Assembly: GCF_004210375.1 (NCBI RefSeq)
Contig: NC_134837.1
Coordinates: forward strand, 230,377,567 to 230,441,566
Origin: Tachypleus tridentatus
Lineage: Eukaryota
Length of the DNA stretch: 64,000 nucleotides
Direction of reading: 5' to 3'
Shown here: piece after piece, positions 13,533 to 27,299 of the stretch
Position numbering within the stretch: the first letter of the stretch is position 1
Layout of the letters: every line of letters starts with the position of its first letter
Position numbers and translations under genes: made by a program
The notes under the pieces: model-generated
What the model was told of the DNA's origin: nothing
Database searches by the model: none
Seen by the model: only the letters and a program-made list of their open reading frames with translations

Positions 13533-13737
13533 AGTCATATTGTTATTCATATACAAGACTCCAGTCAAAAGAACCTAGTTGGGGAAAAACTAAATAAAGC
13601 TTTGAAGTACAACATACCTGTTGTTACTGAGGATTTCATTGATGCATGCTTACAAGCTAACAAAGTAGTTGATCCACAGCCTTACCTATTCATTAGGAAA
13701 GCTCAGGGAGAGGCATTTCACAGAGGAAAAATTACAG
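13533..13737 (+). CDS. PARP4: PARP4-like exon 2: second half of BRCT domain (SHIVIHIQDSSQKNLVGEKLNKALKYNIPVVTEDFIDACLQANKVVDPQPYLF…)
   Basis: Acceptor ttttttacttag| at 13532 and donor ACAG|GTACTG at 13737/13738. Enters in phase 0 and leaves in phase 1. Matches the human PARP4 stretch THIILDNADVLSQYQLNSIQKNHVHIANPDFIWKSIREKRLLDVKNYDPY. Confidence 0.85.
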
Positions 13738-14094
13738 GTACTGTGAGCCTTACTTAAAAGTTTATTAAGCAGTTATAATACAAATAAAATTGGTCACTTT
13801 GACACAAAAAAGTTTAAGCTTGCTGTGATAGGAGTAAAGTAAAAAAAGTACTGCAAGCAGTACAAATAAAACTGTCAATTTTTTTTATACTCTAACCCTA
13901 GATTAGTAAACGTGGAATGTACTAGCCACAGATGAAATTCTACAATGTATCATTGCAGTGATCTCTTCAGTGTTACAGTAATAAAAATCAAGCTGTGTGA
14001 TGCAGACATAAGATCTATGGGCTTGGTTAACTAGTCTTTTTAAGTGATAAACTGGTGTTACTGATGTATTTAAAATGATGTAATTTAATTCAGA

Positions 14095-15672
14095 ATATAC
14101 TCTGCTGGCCAAAATCTTAAGGCCAATGAACATAAAGAAAAAATATGCATTTTGCATTGTTAGACTCAACCACTTATTTGAGTAGAGCTTCAAAAGATAA
14201 AAATAAGTAGGGAAAATAAAAATAAAATTTTTTAGCATTTAATAAGAAAAATGTGAACACTATGAAATTAGCCTAAACACTAGCTGGTCAAAAGTTTAAG
14301 ACCATACTGAAACGAAGCGTTAATCAGTAAACACGTATCGAAATTTAGTCATTTGTGTTCAAGCATTAGCGTTGTCAACATCTCCCACTGACATCTCCTG
14401 TGTTACATTGGGTAAAAACATGGCAAAGGCTGAAAAGTTGACAGAGTTGTCGAACTGCAAAAGCAAGGTCTCTCTCAATGTGCCATTGCTGGTGGAATTG
14501 GGCATAGTAAAACTGCTGCTGCAAATTTCTTAAAAGACCCTGAGGGATATGGAATGAGAATTTCAAGTGGTTGGCCTAAGAAAATTTCACTGGCATTGAT
14601 CAGGAGGATTCAGTGGGTTGTCCGGCAAGACAACAGCCGATCGTCAAACCAGATTAAGGCCCTTACAGATGCATAATGCAGCTCAAGAACAATAAGACGG
14701 CATCTATGAGAGAAAGGCTTTAAAAACTGTAAATGTCTTTAAAGGCCACACCTCCTTTCACACCATGAAACAGCTCGGTTAAACTTCTCTGAGAAGCACC
14801 AAACATGGGATGTAGAAAAGTGGACAAAGGTTTTGTTTTCTGGTGAGAAAAAATTTAACCTGGATGGTCCAGATGGCTTCCAGTGTTACTGGCATGATAA
14901 GGATATCCTACTGGAGATATTTTCTACACGACACAGTGGAGGAGGTTCCATCATGATCTGGGGTGCTTTCTCCTCCCATGGAACAATGGAGCTTCAGGTT
15001 ATGTAGGGGTGTCAAACAGGAGCTGGCTACATTGGAATGTTGGAGAGAGCATCCTTATTGACTGAAGGCCCTCGCTTGTGTGGAAATGACTGGATCTTTC
15101 AGCGGGACAATGCTGCAATCCACAATGCCCACAGGACAAAGGACTTTTTCATGGCGAATAATGTGATTCTTTTGGAACATCCATTGTGTTTTCCCCCGAA
15201 CTGAACCCTATTGAAAGTGTTTGGGGGTGGATGGCAGGGCAAGTCTGTAGGAATATACATCAGTTTTAAACAGTGCATGATCTTCGTGAAGCCATCTTTA
15301 CCACTTGGAATAACATTCCAGCCAGCCTTCTGTAAACATTTATATCGACCATGCCAAAGCAAATGTTTGAAGTTATTTGCAATGACAGCTGTGCAACTCA
15401 CTACTGAGACCACTTGTTGGGCATTTCCTACCATTTTTAGGACTTCATTTTGGTATGATCTTAAACTTTTGACCAGCCAGTATTTAGGCTAACTTCATAG
15501 TGTTCACATTTTCCCTATTAAATGCTAAAAAAGGTTTTTTATTTTTATTTTCTCTTTTTTTATTTTCATCCTTCGAAGCTCTACTCAAATAAGTGGTTGA
15601 GTCTAACAACGCAAAATGCATATTGTTTCTTTATGTTCATTGGCCTTCAGATTTTGGCCAGCAGTGTATATA
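14095..15672 (+). mobile_element. Tc1/mariner-superfamily DNA transposon (Tc1-like, IR/DR-type) with degraded DDE transposase
   Basis: Inverted repeats of about 215 bp at 14095-14305 and 15455-15672. Each has an outer (…TATACTCTGCTGGCCAAAATCTTAAGGCC) and inner (…CTAGCTGGTCAAAAGTTTAAGACC) copy of a CTGGYCAAAA transposase-binding-like direct repeat. The internal ORF remnant reads …[19 protein letters not shown]…[12 protein letters not shown]…IFQRDNAAIHNAHRTKDFF. It ends with Tc1-like tail similarity but is broken by stops. Confidence 0.85.
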
Positions 15673-18229
15673 AAATGAAAATACTACAGATATTGAAAAA
15701 CTACACGTATCTGTAAAAATTTGCATTAAAAACTCTTTTAATTCCACAGAAAAGTAATCACAGAGATTAGAAAGTTATAAATACTTAACTGAATAATGGC
15801 ATGTTCATTTTGAAGTTGGTAATTGAGTCAAACACACGTGTATATATCAGTTTATGATGATATAGTTTACTGATGTTATCAACATTTTAGTAGGCATTTA
15901 ACAATGTGGAAGAAAAATTAATAGATAACATTTCTGTGAATCTTGATAAATTAAGAGTTGGATTTCACACACAGTCAAACATCAGTCATGCAAGCAAAAC
16001 TACATGAGTGTTTAGCTGATACTTATGGAATTCACAATAGTCTAAACTAAAAATTTTGTATTTCTGGGTATCAGGCTAGTGGATTTTTATACCTGTAAAA
16101 AATATTTTAAATTTAAGTACTTCATGTTAAATTTTAATTATACTTAATTTATTCAGTTAATGGAATTTTATCATAATTATTTTGTTCTAATTCTGATTTA
16201 TTTATTGAGACATTCAGAATGTATGAAATGTTTTTAGTTAAATTTAAATAGCAACTTTAAGGTGAAAGGATCTGTTTAAAAAACAAACAAACATTAATAC
16301 TAACTGGGATATAAAATGGTTTTCTATTTGTTACATCATTCCTTTCTTCCACTGTGTAAAATCAAACATAGAATTTAAAAAAATATTTATTAGAATATTA
16401 TGGTGTTTCAAAAAGATAGATTTCCTACATTACCTTATATTATTTTATTTAAATTTATTGTGATTTCTTATATTTTATGTAGAAATAAAATATTTATCTT
16501 TATATCAGTTTGATCACACATCTAAGTAATTTAGCCAAGTAAAATGTTACAGAATATCTTTAAAACTTCAAAAAGTATGCATACATTTTTTATCATTAAT
16601 TTAGAATATGAAGAAAGCAGAAGTCAGCAGTGATAAATGTATTAATTACATGTATATAACTATTAGTTTTTAGAACCTTTTATAAATAAAACTTGAAACA
16701 TTGGTTTAAAAATATTAATTGTATGTCTTAAATATATTAACTTGAATTCATATGTGCTGTTAATCCAAATTGTATAACTTCCTTATCTGTTTACATTTGT
16801 TATTTAGTAGATTATTAGTGAACCAAAAGCCACAGTTCGATTATACATGTATTTTCATAAATTGTGGTAATGATAAACAGGCAAAGTCTTCATTCACAAA
16901 CATATAGAAAAAGATTTTATTAAAAGATAACAGTAAAAGACAACCTCTAATTGTAGACACTGGTTTCATAAAGTTGTTTCGTTTTATGTTTTATTTCCAA
17001 ATATTTAGATCTGTCAGTTAACCAGTCAGGAGAACATGATAAAATATTGCTAGGGCTAAAACTATTGTTCAAACTTTAAAAAGGTTGTTTGCCTATTTGA
17101 AAGTGAAGTGATTTGGGTAATTGGACCAAGAGAATAATTAAATAGTGTCAAGAGAGGTGTTTCAGGTCTTACTTTGATTGTTGTGTTATTTTTATATACC
17201 TCATTATGTATTATAGTATGTATTTTCAGTAAGATATTTACACTGGTTTCCTAAAATACAAATAATGGCAAAATGATGCAAGATTTATTTATCAGATTTG
17301 TATTATGTGTCCACATTTGCATGATACAGCTTATAACAAGACAAGTATAAATAAAATTTATTATTTAATGAGTGTTCAGTGAGAAAAGAACCTCTGAAAA
17401 AGAGAGTAAGGGATGTTAAGTTAAAAGATATACTTGACACACAATGTCTGCATAATGTTTGTTAGTTGACATATAAGAACAAAAGGCAGAAGAAAAGTCT
17501 ATTGACATATCAGAGCAGATTTCTTATCATGACAGGGGTTATAGGGATGCATCATGACTTCCTAGAGTATCCCAATCATGCTCTTTGAAATTGAGGTCAG
17601 GAGAACATTCTGACCAATACTTACAGGTGGTGTGGTCTTAGATAACACATGCTTTGTGTAAATGAGTATTAGTATCTATTAAAAGGAAGTTATCCCCTCT
17701 TTGAACCTGCATTTGGTCAAATACAGAGATCCAGAATTTTATCCTTATATCTTTGGCCAGTGAAAGTACTGCCCTCAAACAAAAGGAGGTCTGTATGTCA
17801 ATCTGTGGAAATTTATGTCTTGGTTGTCAAATTCCAATACTATAGGAATTCTTTATGATGTACATGGGCTCTTTACATATTTTACATTCCTTTCAGATGA
17901 GTTGCATTGTGAACTGATTCTTGACCCAGGTGTAAAAAAATGACTTCAGTGGTAGATGTCAGGACCACTTCAGTTGTTCCTGTTTGTGTTTATGGGTTAA
18001 GGGAAGATACATCATTGATCATCTTATATAGAGCCATCTTTCATATAAGTTTGTAGAAGCTGAAACAAATCTTTCATGCAGAGATCCAAAAACAATTGGT
18101 TTGGTGTAGAAGCTTTCTTTATTGGACTAAAAGTGGCACGTAACTATTATCTGCTGGATTTATGACCCATGATCAACCTTGTACTGGTTTTCGAGTACTA
18201 TCTCCATCCAGTTTGTACTTATCCATTCA

Positions 18230-18720
18230 GCCACTTTGGTCTGTAACTGTGCATGTGTACACATTATTAATAAGACAACATATTATCTGATAGGCAGCAG
18301 TGTATGTTTTATATTTTATTAGTAAGCAACATTTGTATCAAATAGAGTTAGAGAATAGTGTGTGCTCTACATGATATATCAGTAAGACAAGGATGTATTT
18401 GCTTCATTACATGTTGACAGTAATACAGCAGCATTTGTCTGGAAGTGTATATTACTAGTGAGACAACAGTTTTACAGAACATTATGTCAGTAATTCAACA
18501 AAATTTATGGCACAGAATACATTGTCTGTAATGGAATATTACATATATTTACACATTTCCTCAGTGAGACAGCAGCATATGTGCTGTTGTAAGTGTATGA
18601 GGTATTGTACATATTAGTAGTAATTAAAGCCAAATTATGTTCTACCAGTATTGTATTACTAGTGAGACAACACATTTATATTACAGTACATATTAGTAAC
18701 AATGTATATGCAAGCCTCTT
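18230..18720. repeat. Minisatellite / degenerate tandem repeat (…ATTACTAGTGAGACAACA…, …CAGTAAGACAAGG…, …CAGTGAGACAGCAGCA…)
   Basis: Recurrent approximately 50-60-bp units containing AGTRAGACAR cores. Confidence 0.5.
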
Positions 18721-19779
18721 GACAACAATGTGTAAGTTAATAAATGTTCTCTGTGAAACATCAGATTATAGAAATGTAACAGGTAGAGATGAGTGATTAG
18801 CTTGATTAACTGATGTAAACAGCTACTTGTATGTATCAATCAAATCAATTAGTAAGTATCATGTAAATTAATGATTAACCAAAATTACAAGTAAATTGAA
18901 AATGATATCATGAACATAATGAACTAATCAAAATAAATGTTTCCAGTTATTACTTCCTTAGATTCTTTCACCTATCTATGTAATCAAAATATTGCCATTA
19001 TGAATTCTCATTGTTATTTTTTGATTAATTCAAGATTGTTAAACTTAATCATTTAATGTTATAACTTGGAAAAATAAACAGCTAATCAATATTGTTCTTT
19101 CTAGTTATAACTACTTATTATTATTCAAATTATCTGAATCTCATTAGACCAACAAATAATCATTTAGTAAATTCTACTTTCTCCTAGATCTAGTAGCAGA
19201 TAATGTTTCACATTGATAGTGAATATCTGAGCATTTGGCCAAACTAACAAATATCTGGTTATTTATACAAACAGTTTTATTAGCTTCAAAGAACACTGGG
19301 ACAACTATAAAAGTAAATTTGAAGAAAAATAAAAATAAATTTTGGATTTGTGTTATACAATAACAATACATCAACAAATCATTATATAATAATCCAGATG
19401 AATACTCATACTGTCGTTAGGTGTTTGAAGTGTATATCCTGGCCAGTAATAATTTTCTACATAAAATATAGTAAAACCTGTCTAAGGTAGAATCACACAG
19501 GACTGAGTAAAATTCCCAGCTTAAGCTGGTTTTCTGGCTGAAATATAGTGAACATGCATTTCCTTAATTATATGTAAGTTTTGACTGAAACGTTATATTT
19601 GCTTGAACCAAGGGAAGTAAGATGTTTGTGAATAAAGTTATTATACTGTTTATGCTATATTGATTAGAATAAGAACAGACATTAAAATATACACAAGTAC
19701 ACAAAATCTTAATCAAATTTATTTGAAGAAAGCATCCAGTTTCAACTGTTTCATTTTTTTAATGGGCTTTTTCATGCAT

Positions 19780-22050
19780 TTAATTGAGGATGCCAATTCT
19801 ATGAACTTTTTTCTTGAAGTTCATTTCCCCTTCATTTTTTGCATACAACTTGAGAGTATAAATATAACTTGACACTTGCGATAAAGTAAGAATTTCTATT
19901 TCCTCACTCTCTTTTCCATTTTGTTCGTTTTCTGAATCTCTCACACTGTTACAATCTTGCAATTCTATTATAGATTTAAAATCAATTTCATCAGTTTCTG
20001 TTAAAACATTCTTGTCAATGTTCACAAAACTTTCCACGTTCACAGAATCATCTGCATCAGTCTTCTCAGAGTTTAGATTTCACTAGAATTGTCATAATAA
20101 ACAACTTTTATGAAAGTATATGAACTAAAAATATAAAATTGTAAACATACCATTCACATGTGATATCCTACACCTGTAAATGAAAATATAATAAATGAAA
20201 TAATAGAGTACTAAAGTTTATTGAAACACTTGCCTGTGAATGATGAAGGCAAATAATTTTCATTGATGAGATTAAGAAAGATTTGCAATGATAATGATAA
20301 TAGATTTGAAATCTGAGAGGTTAGTTTAATTTTTAAACAGTGGGAATGTTATAGGTAGCAGCACCAGTTCACGATAGCTGCCATTTAAGGGTTAAGGCCA
20401 ATGTATCATTGGAAAATTTGACTTCAAACTCCAGTGAAGCATATGTAAAAGTTGGTAGGGATGGGGCTAGAAGGCATTACATCAGCTGACTTGGGCTTCA
20501 AAGTCAGTAATTTTTGGGTATTCGGCTTTTCTCTACAAATCTTTCAAGATTTCTCTGTAGGGTGCTAGAACATAACCCTATTTTAAATTGAATGCTTCTT
20601 TCCATTAAAGTATCCATATCTTCAGCCATTTCTGTGAACTCATCTGCTTGCATAGGAAATCAGACACAGGCTTCACTCTGAGGATTGGTTTAACAAGTTC
20701 TGTCTTTTCAGAATCTTTATCACTGTCACTGGAGGCTGTCAGAGCTTCAAGTTCTTCATTCATTTGCTCTTGGTAATGACATTCCAGCAGCTCAACCACC
20801 TCCTCATATTATCAAACCCCTTACCTGCAGTTTTTTTAGGGAGTCATGATATTGGTAACTTCCTTTTCAACTCTCAGAAAGCCTTTTAAATCATGCACAA
20901 ATTCAAGCCAAAGATGATACCAGCATACATTTATGATAGACTCTTTCATCTCATCCCTTGATATTTAGGTAATGTCAATACAGTCCTTAATGTTATATAC
21001 TTACAAAACTTGGTTAAGTTTTCTAAAAGAGTGGAACCTATAATGTGGGCTGCACGCTTGTAGACATTCTTCATGTAGTAAGACTTGAATGTTTTTATTA
21101 CTCATGGTCCATTGATTACACAATAGATATAGTATTGGGAGTTAAAAATATTATCTGCACATTAGGATGGCTGAATTGCAGTGTCAGAGTCTTAGACAAG
21201 AGCATTATCCAAAATAGGGTTGCATTTAAAATCACCTGATATGTTCCCACAAAAAAGCATAGTGAGCCTATCCTTAAAAGCCTTAAACTCAGATGCTACC
21301 TTCTGCTCCTTTGTGATGTATGTCTTGTTGCCCATTTTCTTATAAAAGAGTCTTGTCTCATCTGCATTAAACACCTGTGGAGGGGCATATCATTTTTCCT
21401 TAATAAATTCAAGGAACCACAGCTGTATTGCTATCATCTGACTTGGCTTCACCTTGCATATTCACATTATCCGGGTTGAAGCATTGCTTAAACTTAGCAA
21501 ACCAGTCTCAACTTGCCTGAAACTCACTGGCATCTGCAGTACTTCCATCCTTACTGAATACTCTGTTTATGTAAACTATGCATTTTCACAGGTATAACTG
21601 AGCTATCAACAACAAAGCATTTTTGTTCAGTGATCCACACATTTAGTAATTTCTCCATTTTTTCCATAAAAAGATTTCTCCTAATCACATGAGAAACCTT
21701 AGGACGTATAGGAGAAGAAGCCTTGTGACTCTTGCTTGGATTCTCTCTTTATTCCTCCTATTTGTACTCTGGAAGACGCATTTGTGCCATATTACCAGTG
21801 TATAGATACTATACTCATCCTGCTTTCTAGCTTATCAAGAATCTGGATTTTTTCAACTAATATCAAGACTCTGTGGTTTTTCTTTGCTTCAGTAACATTT
21901 GGAGATTATGTTTTGATATTTTAATAGTATATACAAGCTTAATTCTATAAAGCAATATTTTAAAAAATCCTGAATATTCTCTAGTGCTACAGATGTGAAA
22001 ATTTTCTTTAGGTGTCTTCTCTTTTCTATTTGATCCACTACCCCTCAAAA
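19780..22050 (-). mobile_element. pogo/Tigger-like DNA transposon remnant (CENP-B-like N-terminus, DDE core, acidic C-terminus)
   Basis: Minus-strand ORFs read MFNADETRLFYKKMGNKTYI…KAFKDRLTMLFCGNISGDFK (compare the Tigger motif FNADETGLF…RLTVLLCANA.G.K). An acidic Ser/Asp/Glu-rich C-terminal ORF lies at 20605-20799. Disrupted by stops. Confidence 0.6.
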
Positions 22051-24055
22051 AACTTCAAAATTAAATATATATCACTCTCTATAAAATCATTGCTCAGACA
22101 AACCTTAATTTTTAAAGCCCTCGATTTTGTTTGGTTACAGAGCTATTAAATAGAAAGCTATACTCCTGTCTCATCCTCTCTTTCAGGATTTGTTAATAAT
22201 TTTCTCTTACATTTATTTATATGTCATCTATAGAAAGTCAGTGTTTACATCTATCAAATTACGTATTATATTACGTTGTGTTGTGAAGAGATATGCATGA
22301 GTTTCACTCAAAGAACAATCTTTGTTAAGAAACATAAAGGATTTTTTTATCTTTTTAACAATTGCAAATTTTTGCTGGTCACATATTAAGGGTTAGTAGT
22401 GAGCACATGGTAAATGGGAGAATAAATCTAAGCTGATGAATTGCATTTGCATCTATAGTGTTGCAACATTGTTCTTCTGTTGGTAAGTTTTTCAATCATC
22501 TGGTAAAATTAACTCAAAGTCCAGTCCATGTGAGTGATAATAATTTATTTCTTATAATGCTTTTACATGCTTGAATACTGTGGTAACTTTTATACTATCT
22601 TTGCAAATAAAGTTATCTGTACTATACTAATGTAAAGAATAAACTTGTATAAAGTAACTAAGTATGGATGGTATCTAACACAGAGCCAAATACTTCATTA
22701 AAAACACTAATTGATTCACTTTATTGGCCAGAAACTACTCTCTACCTTATTTTCTAAAAATGGCTGGTATGAATATTAAAACTTTAATTACTTTATTTTA
22801 ATTAAAGTTTTAATACCCATACCAGATGTCTTTAGAATACATTTGTACTTCAAGTGGGTTTCTCATCATCATGAATTACTATCTACCTTGAAAATAATTC
22901 TATCTTTTATTTATAATCTGCCTTCAAATGTGCTAGAAAAAATTGATTTCAAGTTTGTAAAACTTTCTAGACCTAATTTAATGCTATCATAATGACCTGC
23001 AGTTCCAATTAACTAAAAAACAAATTACAATGTTAAAAAATATAGCTTATAATAATAAGATAAAGTGTAGTGTAACTTTTTGGTTATGCCATCTAACAAT
23101 TTATCATAATTAAAAATGTAACTGCCAATGGTCCACCTACAAGAACAGCTGATAGTAGGGTATTTAATTTTACAATTGTTATATTACATTTGTTATCTAA
23201 TTCTAATTTAATTAGTTCTATGTTACTTTCATCAATGAATGGGACTGACTATAGGGTAAACCTTATCCTGCTTTTGTTATAGATTCAAGTGGTGACAAAT
23301 AGCAAATACTAACTAGTCTAAATTGCTGCCCAACAGGATAACAGTGTATGGAATAATATACAGAACAATTAAGAAAACATTAGTGTGCCACAATACATAT
23401 CACCAGTAAGAAAACAGTGAATGTTCTTTGTTACATAATATCAGCAAATAAGGATGTGTGTTAGTATGTTCTGTTGTAACTTGTATTTTCAATGTTATAA
23501 TTTAATTGTTTACTAGAGGGGCTGCCAATGATGGAGTTGATACAGTATCTAGAAAGTTTATAAATAAGAAGTTATCAAATAATAAGTGAGTGATTCAGCT
23601 CAGTGTCAGGAAAGTAATTCAGTATTAGAAGTGAGAGCTATTATATCTATTTATTTAATAGGTTGATTAGCAAGGAAATTCCATAAAAAAGTTTATTTGT
23701 AATCTAGTTGTAGGTTCCATTAGTCATGGATTTCCTGTTACAATGTTGTTTGTGAACCTAGGCATACAACTTGTGTCAAAGTAATGTTAAAAATAAAGTA
23801 ATTCATTACTTTTACGTGGACTGTACTTGGTATGTTTCAGCAAATAATCCAAAGAAACTCTCTCAGTGATTGAAAATGTTATAACAATATATTGAATATA
23901 AGACAACCATGTATGTGCTAACACAATAATAGTAAGAGAACAATGTATGTGCTAGTATCTTTTTACAGTGTAAAAGTATATATAGTATATGAAGATATTC
24001 TTTCTTACATAAATTCAAGTTTTTTCAAATTCTTAATATTTGTTTGTTTTTATAG

Positions 24056-24174
24056 TTAATCCAACCAAGCCAATTAGAAACAAGACGTTCAAACCACTGC
24101 TACTGAATTCACTTTCTGTATATCCCTATGAAGGACTAGATGGGTATGACTTGGTGAAGGGAATTGTTTTAAAA
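24056..24174 (+). CDS. PARP4: PARP4-like exon 3 (linker between BRCT and helical domain; VNPTKPIRNKTFKPLLLNSLSVYPYEGLDGYDLVKGIVLK)
   Basis: Strong acceptor tttgtttgtttttatag| and donor AAAA|GTAAGC. The 119-nt length converts phase 1 in to phase 0 out, exactly what exons 2 and 4 require. Protein similarity to the human linker is weak. Confidence 0.55.
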
Positions 24175-24264
24175 GTAAGCTCTTTGTTATAATTAGTTAA
24201 CTCTGAAACAATAGATTCCTTTGCTTTTAAGTTACATCAGACTTTGTTGTTTTGATTAATTTAT

Positions 24265-25790
24265 TACACCATGTAACATAGAATTTGTTCCAGGATACTA
24301 TGGGTTATTTTTTAATTTCTTATGTTGTAAAAGTACAGAAAATGTCCATTTTTCTCTTCAAACTTTGCTTGTGTGACCTGGATAATGAAATTTAGAAATT
24401 AACGTATTTTCTATGTGAAAATGGGCAAACTTGCACTTTTCATTTACATGAGGTCTGAATAAAACAACATATGAATCAAGATTTACATGTATCTATATTA
24501 AAGTTATACAAAAATGAATAAAAATGTTTAGAAGTGAGTAGTTTTTCACTTATCAGCCCCCAAATATAATCTCGACATTCAACTTTGTTAGACCAAGATC
24601 TCTAATCAAGTCATTGAGGTCTCTTTGGTTAGGGTAGTATGAGTTTCTCTCACCATCTGCCCCTCTGAAATTGTAATCTGGATTTTCAACGTGTACTTCC
24701 TCTTCTGATTTGCTGCTCTTTTGTGAGGGTGGCTGCTTTCTCTCTGGTACAGTGGGTACAAAGGAGCTCAGGGCAGTGTGGCACTGGGGTGATGGATGAT
24801 GGAAAGTCGAGATATATGATAGCAGATGCATTCTTCCAAGCCTGACGTTTGGAAGGGTCCATCTTGCAGAAGTAGCAATTTCTTGAGTGGTCAGTGGGTT
24901 CACACCAAATTCTTGGAATAGCAAGTGTCATGGCTCTCTTTTCCCCTCTGCACCATCCCACAAAAGAGCAAAATAAAATTGTTATTATGAAGAATAAATT
25001 TATTTCATCCACAACTAATGTGTAAGAGGTTCATGCAAAATATTTTGTGATATTTTTTTCTATACTATAGGAAATTAAAAGAAAAAAAAAAGATATTTAA
25101 ATTTTAAAAGGTTTAAAATGTGTATAATATAAAATCTTACTATTCAAACAAACAGCAATTGTCTGTCTTACCTTCTAGAGTTTTTTTGCGGTCCTCATAG
25201 GTATAATAAGGTGCTCAGGGTTTGGCTTGATCCCTGAGAGGCATGCCGAAATATGTCTTGTAGGCTTCACATATTTTAGCAGATACTGTCACAGAGTACT
25301 TTTTTGCTCTTGTATTAATAGATTGGCTACATACATAGCAGAATGTATTTGGAGAATTCTTGCAGCTTCTTGATGCCACCTCTGATAAAATCAGATAGGT
25401 TTATGTGTTCACTTAGGCAGCTAGAACCAAACTGAAGTGGTGAGTGGTGAGCTCCTGTATATGTATTACTATGAAAAATTCAAGAAAATTCTTGTAAGTG
25501 CTACAACATTCTAGAAAACTCTTGCAAGTTTTACAACATTCTAGAAAATTCTTGTAAGTTTGAGAAAATTCTCTGTTAGCTCCTCAGCACTGAACCTACC
25601 TGGAATGTTTTGGAAAATGGGTAAGTTTGAAAATTTCATTACCCAGGTCAGAAAAGCAACATTTGAAGAGAAAAATAGGTCTTTTCCATTTACTTTAGGC
25701 ATAAGGAACTGGGAAATAACACTTTCTGCACAGGAACAAGAAAAAGTAAAATTTTGTTACATAGTGTTATGTATGAATTAGATCACCTGA
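24265..25790 (-). mobile_element. Interspersed repeat copy A (about 1.5 kb) encoding on the minus strand the N-terminus of a conserved repetitive metazoan ORF (…IPRIWCEPTDHSRNCYFC…NPDY…NQRDLNDLIRDLGLTKLNVE)
   Basis: About 88-90% identical at the nucleotide level to 48985-50940. The minus-strand ORFs at 24553-25012 carry a WxxPxDHxxxCYFC motif followed by an acidic/Ser stretch and a DLIRDLGL block. The 3' side carries 30-bp tandem repeats (CTAGAAAATTCTTGTAAGTTTTACAACATT). Confidence 0.7.
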
Positions 25791-27299
25791 GTATTTAACT
25801 CTTTCCATATGAGTACCCTTTTCTTCACATATCACAATATTTTCCTGAATTATATTCAAAATTTAATAAAACTGATTGGTTATCATGGTTTACAAATAAA
25901 CTTGGCATTAAAACTTAGCTATCAAATCAAATTTTAATATTATTTAATTTTTAAGTTCTTAATTATATAAGAAGAAAACTGTAATCTCCTCTAATATAAG
26001 AATAGTGATATTTGCAGTCTGGGTCTCTCTTCTTATTTACCACCCCTCTAAGAAGTATGGAATTTATTGAAAATAATTCATTATAACATATTTGTTATTC
26101 AGGCTTAGAATAATTTTTACAGTGTTCAATTTTATTTGGTTATGGAGCCATAAACTAAAAAATTGGACCCATCTTGCCATGTCCACCTTACACATAGTAT
26201 CTTTCAGAAACTGTCAAGAGTTCTCTCTGATGTTTAGTATTATATTACTTATAGCCAGAATCGTTATAGTTCATTGTTTGCCTTGTAGTGTTAGTGTTTT
26301 GATTTTTTAGGCACATTATTTGTTAAATAAAATTATTTACTGCATTGGCATAAAAAAGTAGGGTTAAGTTTCATTGACATTCAACATAAAAAAGTAAACC
26401 CAGGTAGATACTATATTCCTTGTTTTTATCTATTCTTTATTTATTATTATAAAAACAACTAAAATTTCACAATTAGAAACTTAATAGATTAGGTAAAATA
26501 AATAAAACAATAATAATGACAATGTTTTACACAATGTATACTCAAGAGTATCCAATGCATTAGGTCATTTTGATAAAATGAAGTAAGCTACTAATTTGCT
26601 AAGTGATTTACAACTTGGTATTATTAGTTAGACATGTTTTAAAGGAAAAACAGATGTTGTTTCATGATATAATTTGAAGTCATTCTTCAAATAAAAAAGG
26701 GTAATTTAGATATACTTCATATTTTTTAATGGTAGTTATGAGATTGGGTAAAATGACAACACAAATACAAATAGAACTATGTATGAAATTGCACGTGGTG
26801 GTAATTGAAAGAGGTAAAAGAATTATGTTGCAGGTCAAGCCACTGAAGACAACAAGGAGTTAATTACAGATAGGTATATTTTAGTATATATACATATATA
26901 CTGTTGTGAATACAAGGATTTTGGCAATGCCCATTTTATGTATCGGTAATTAAACAGTAAATCCAAAAACGAAAAAATTCTCAATAAAAAGTCCTGTGAT
27001 AATATGACAAATAATTGTGTATAACAATGCTTACAAGTTAGTGAAACAATAGGAAGTTATATTTGCATAGATACCCACATATATCCATACAAATGCATAT
27101 GCAAAATGAAATATACACGTGTGCTCACACACACACGATATATGCATTAGAGTTTAGAAAGAAGAAAAATCTAGAACTGGAAATTTGTAAAAGTAAATGT
27201 AGGATTATTGTTAGAAGTAAAGAAAAAAGTAAATAGTTATGTAAATTACTGTATCCAACTTTTTAAGAGAGGATAAAATTGAAGTGAGAAATATTACAA

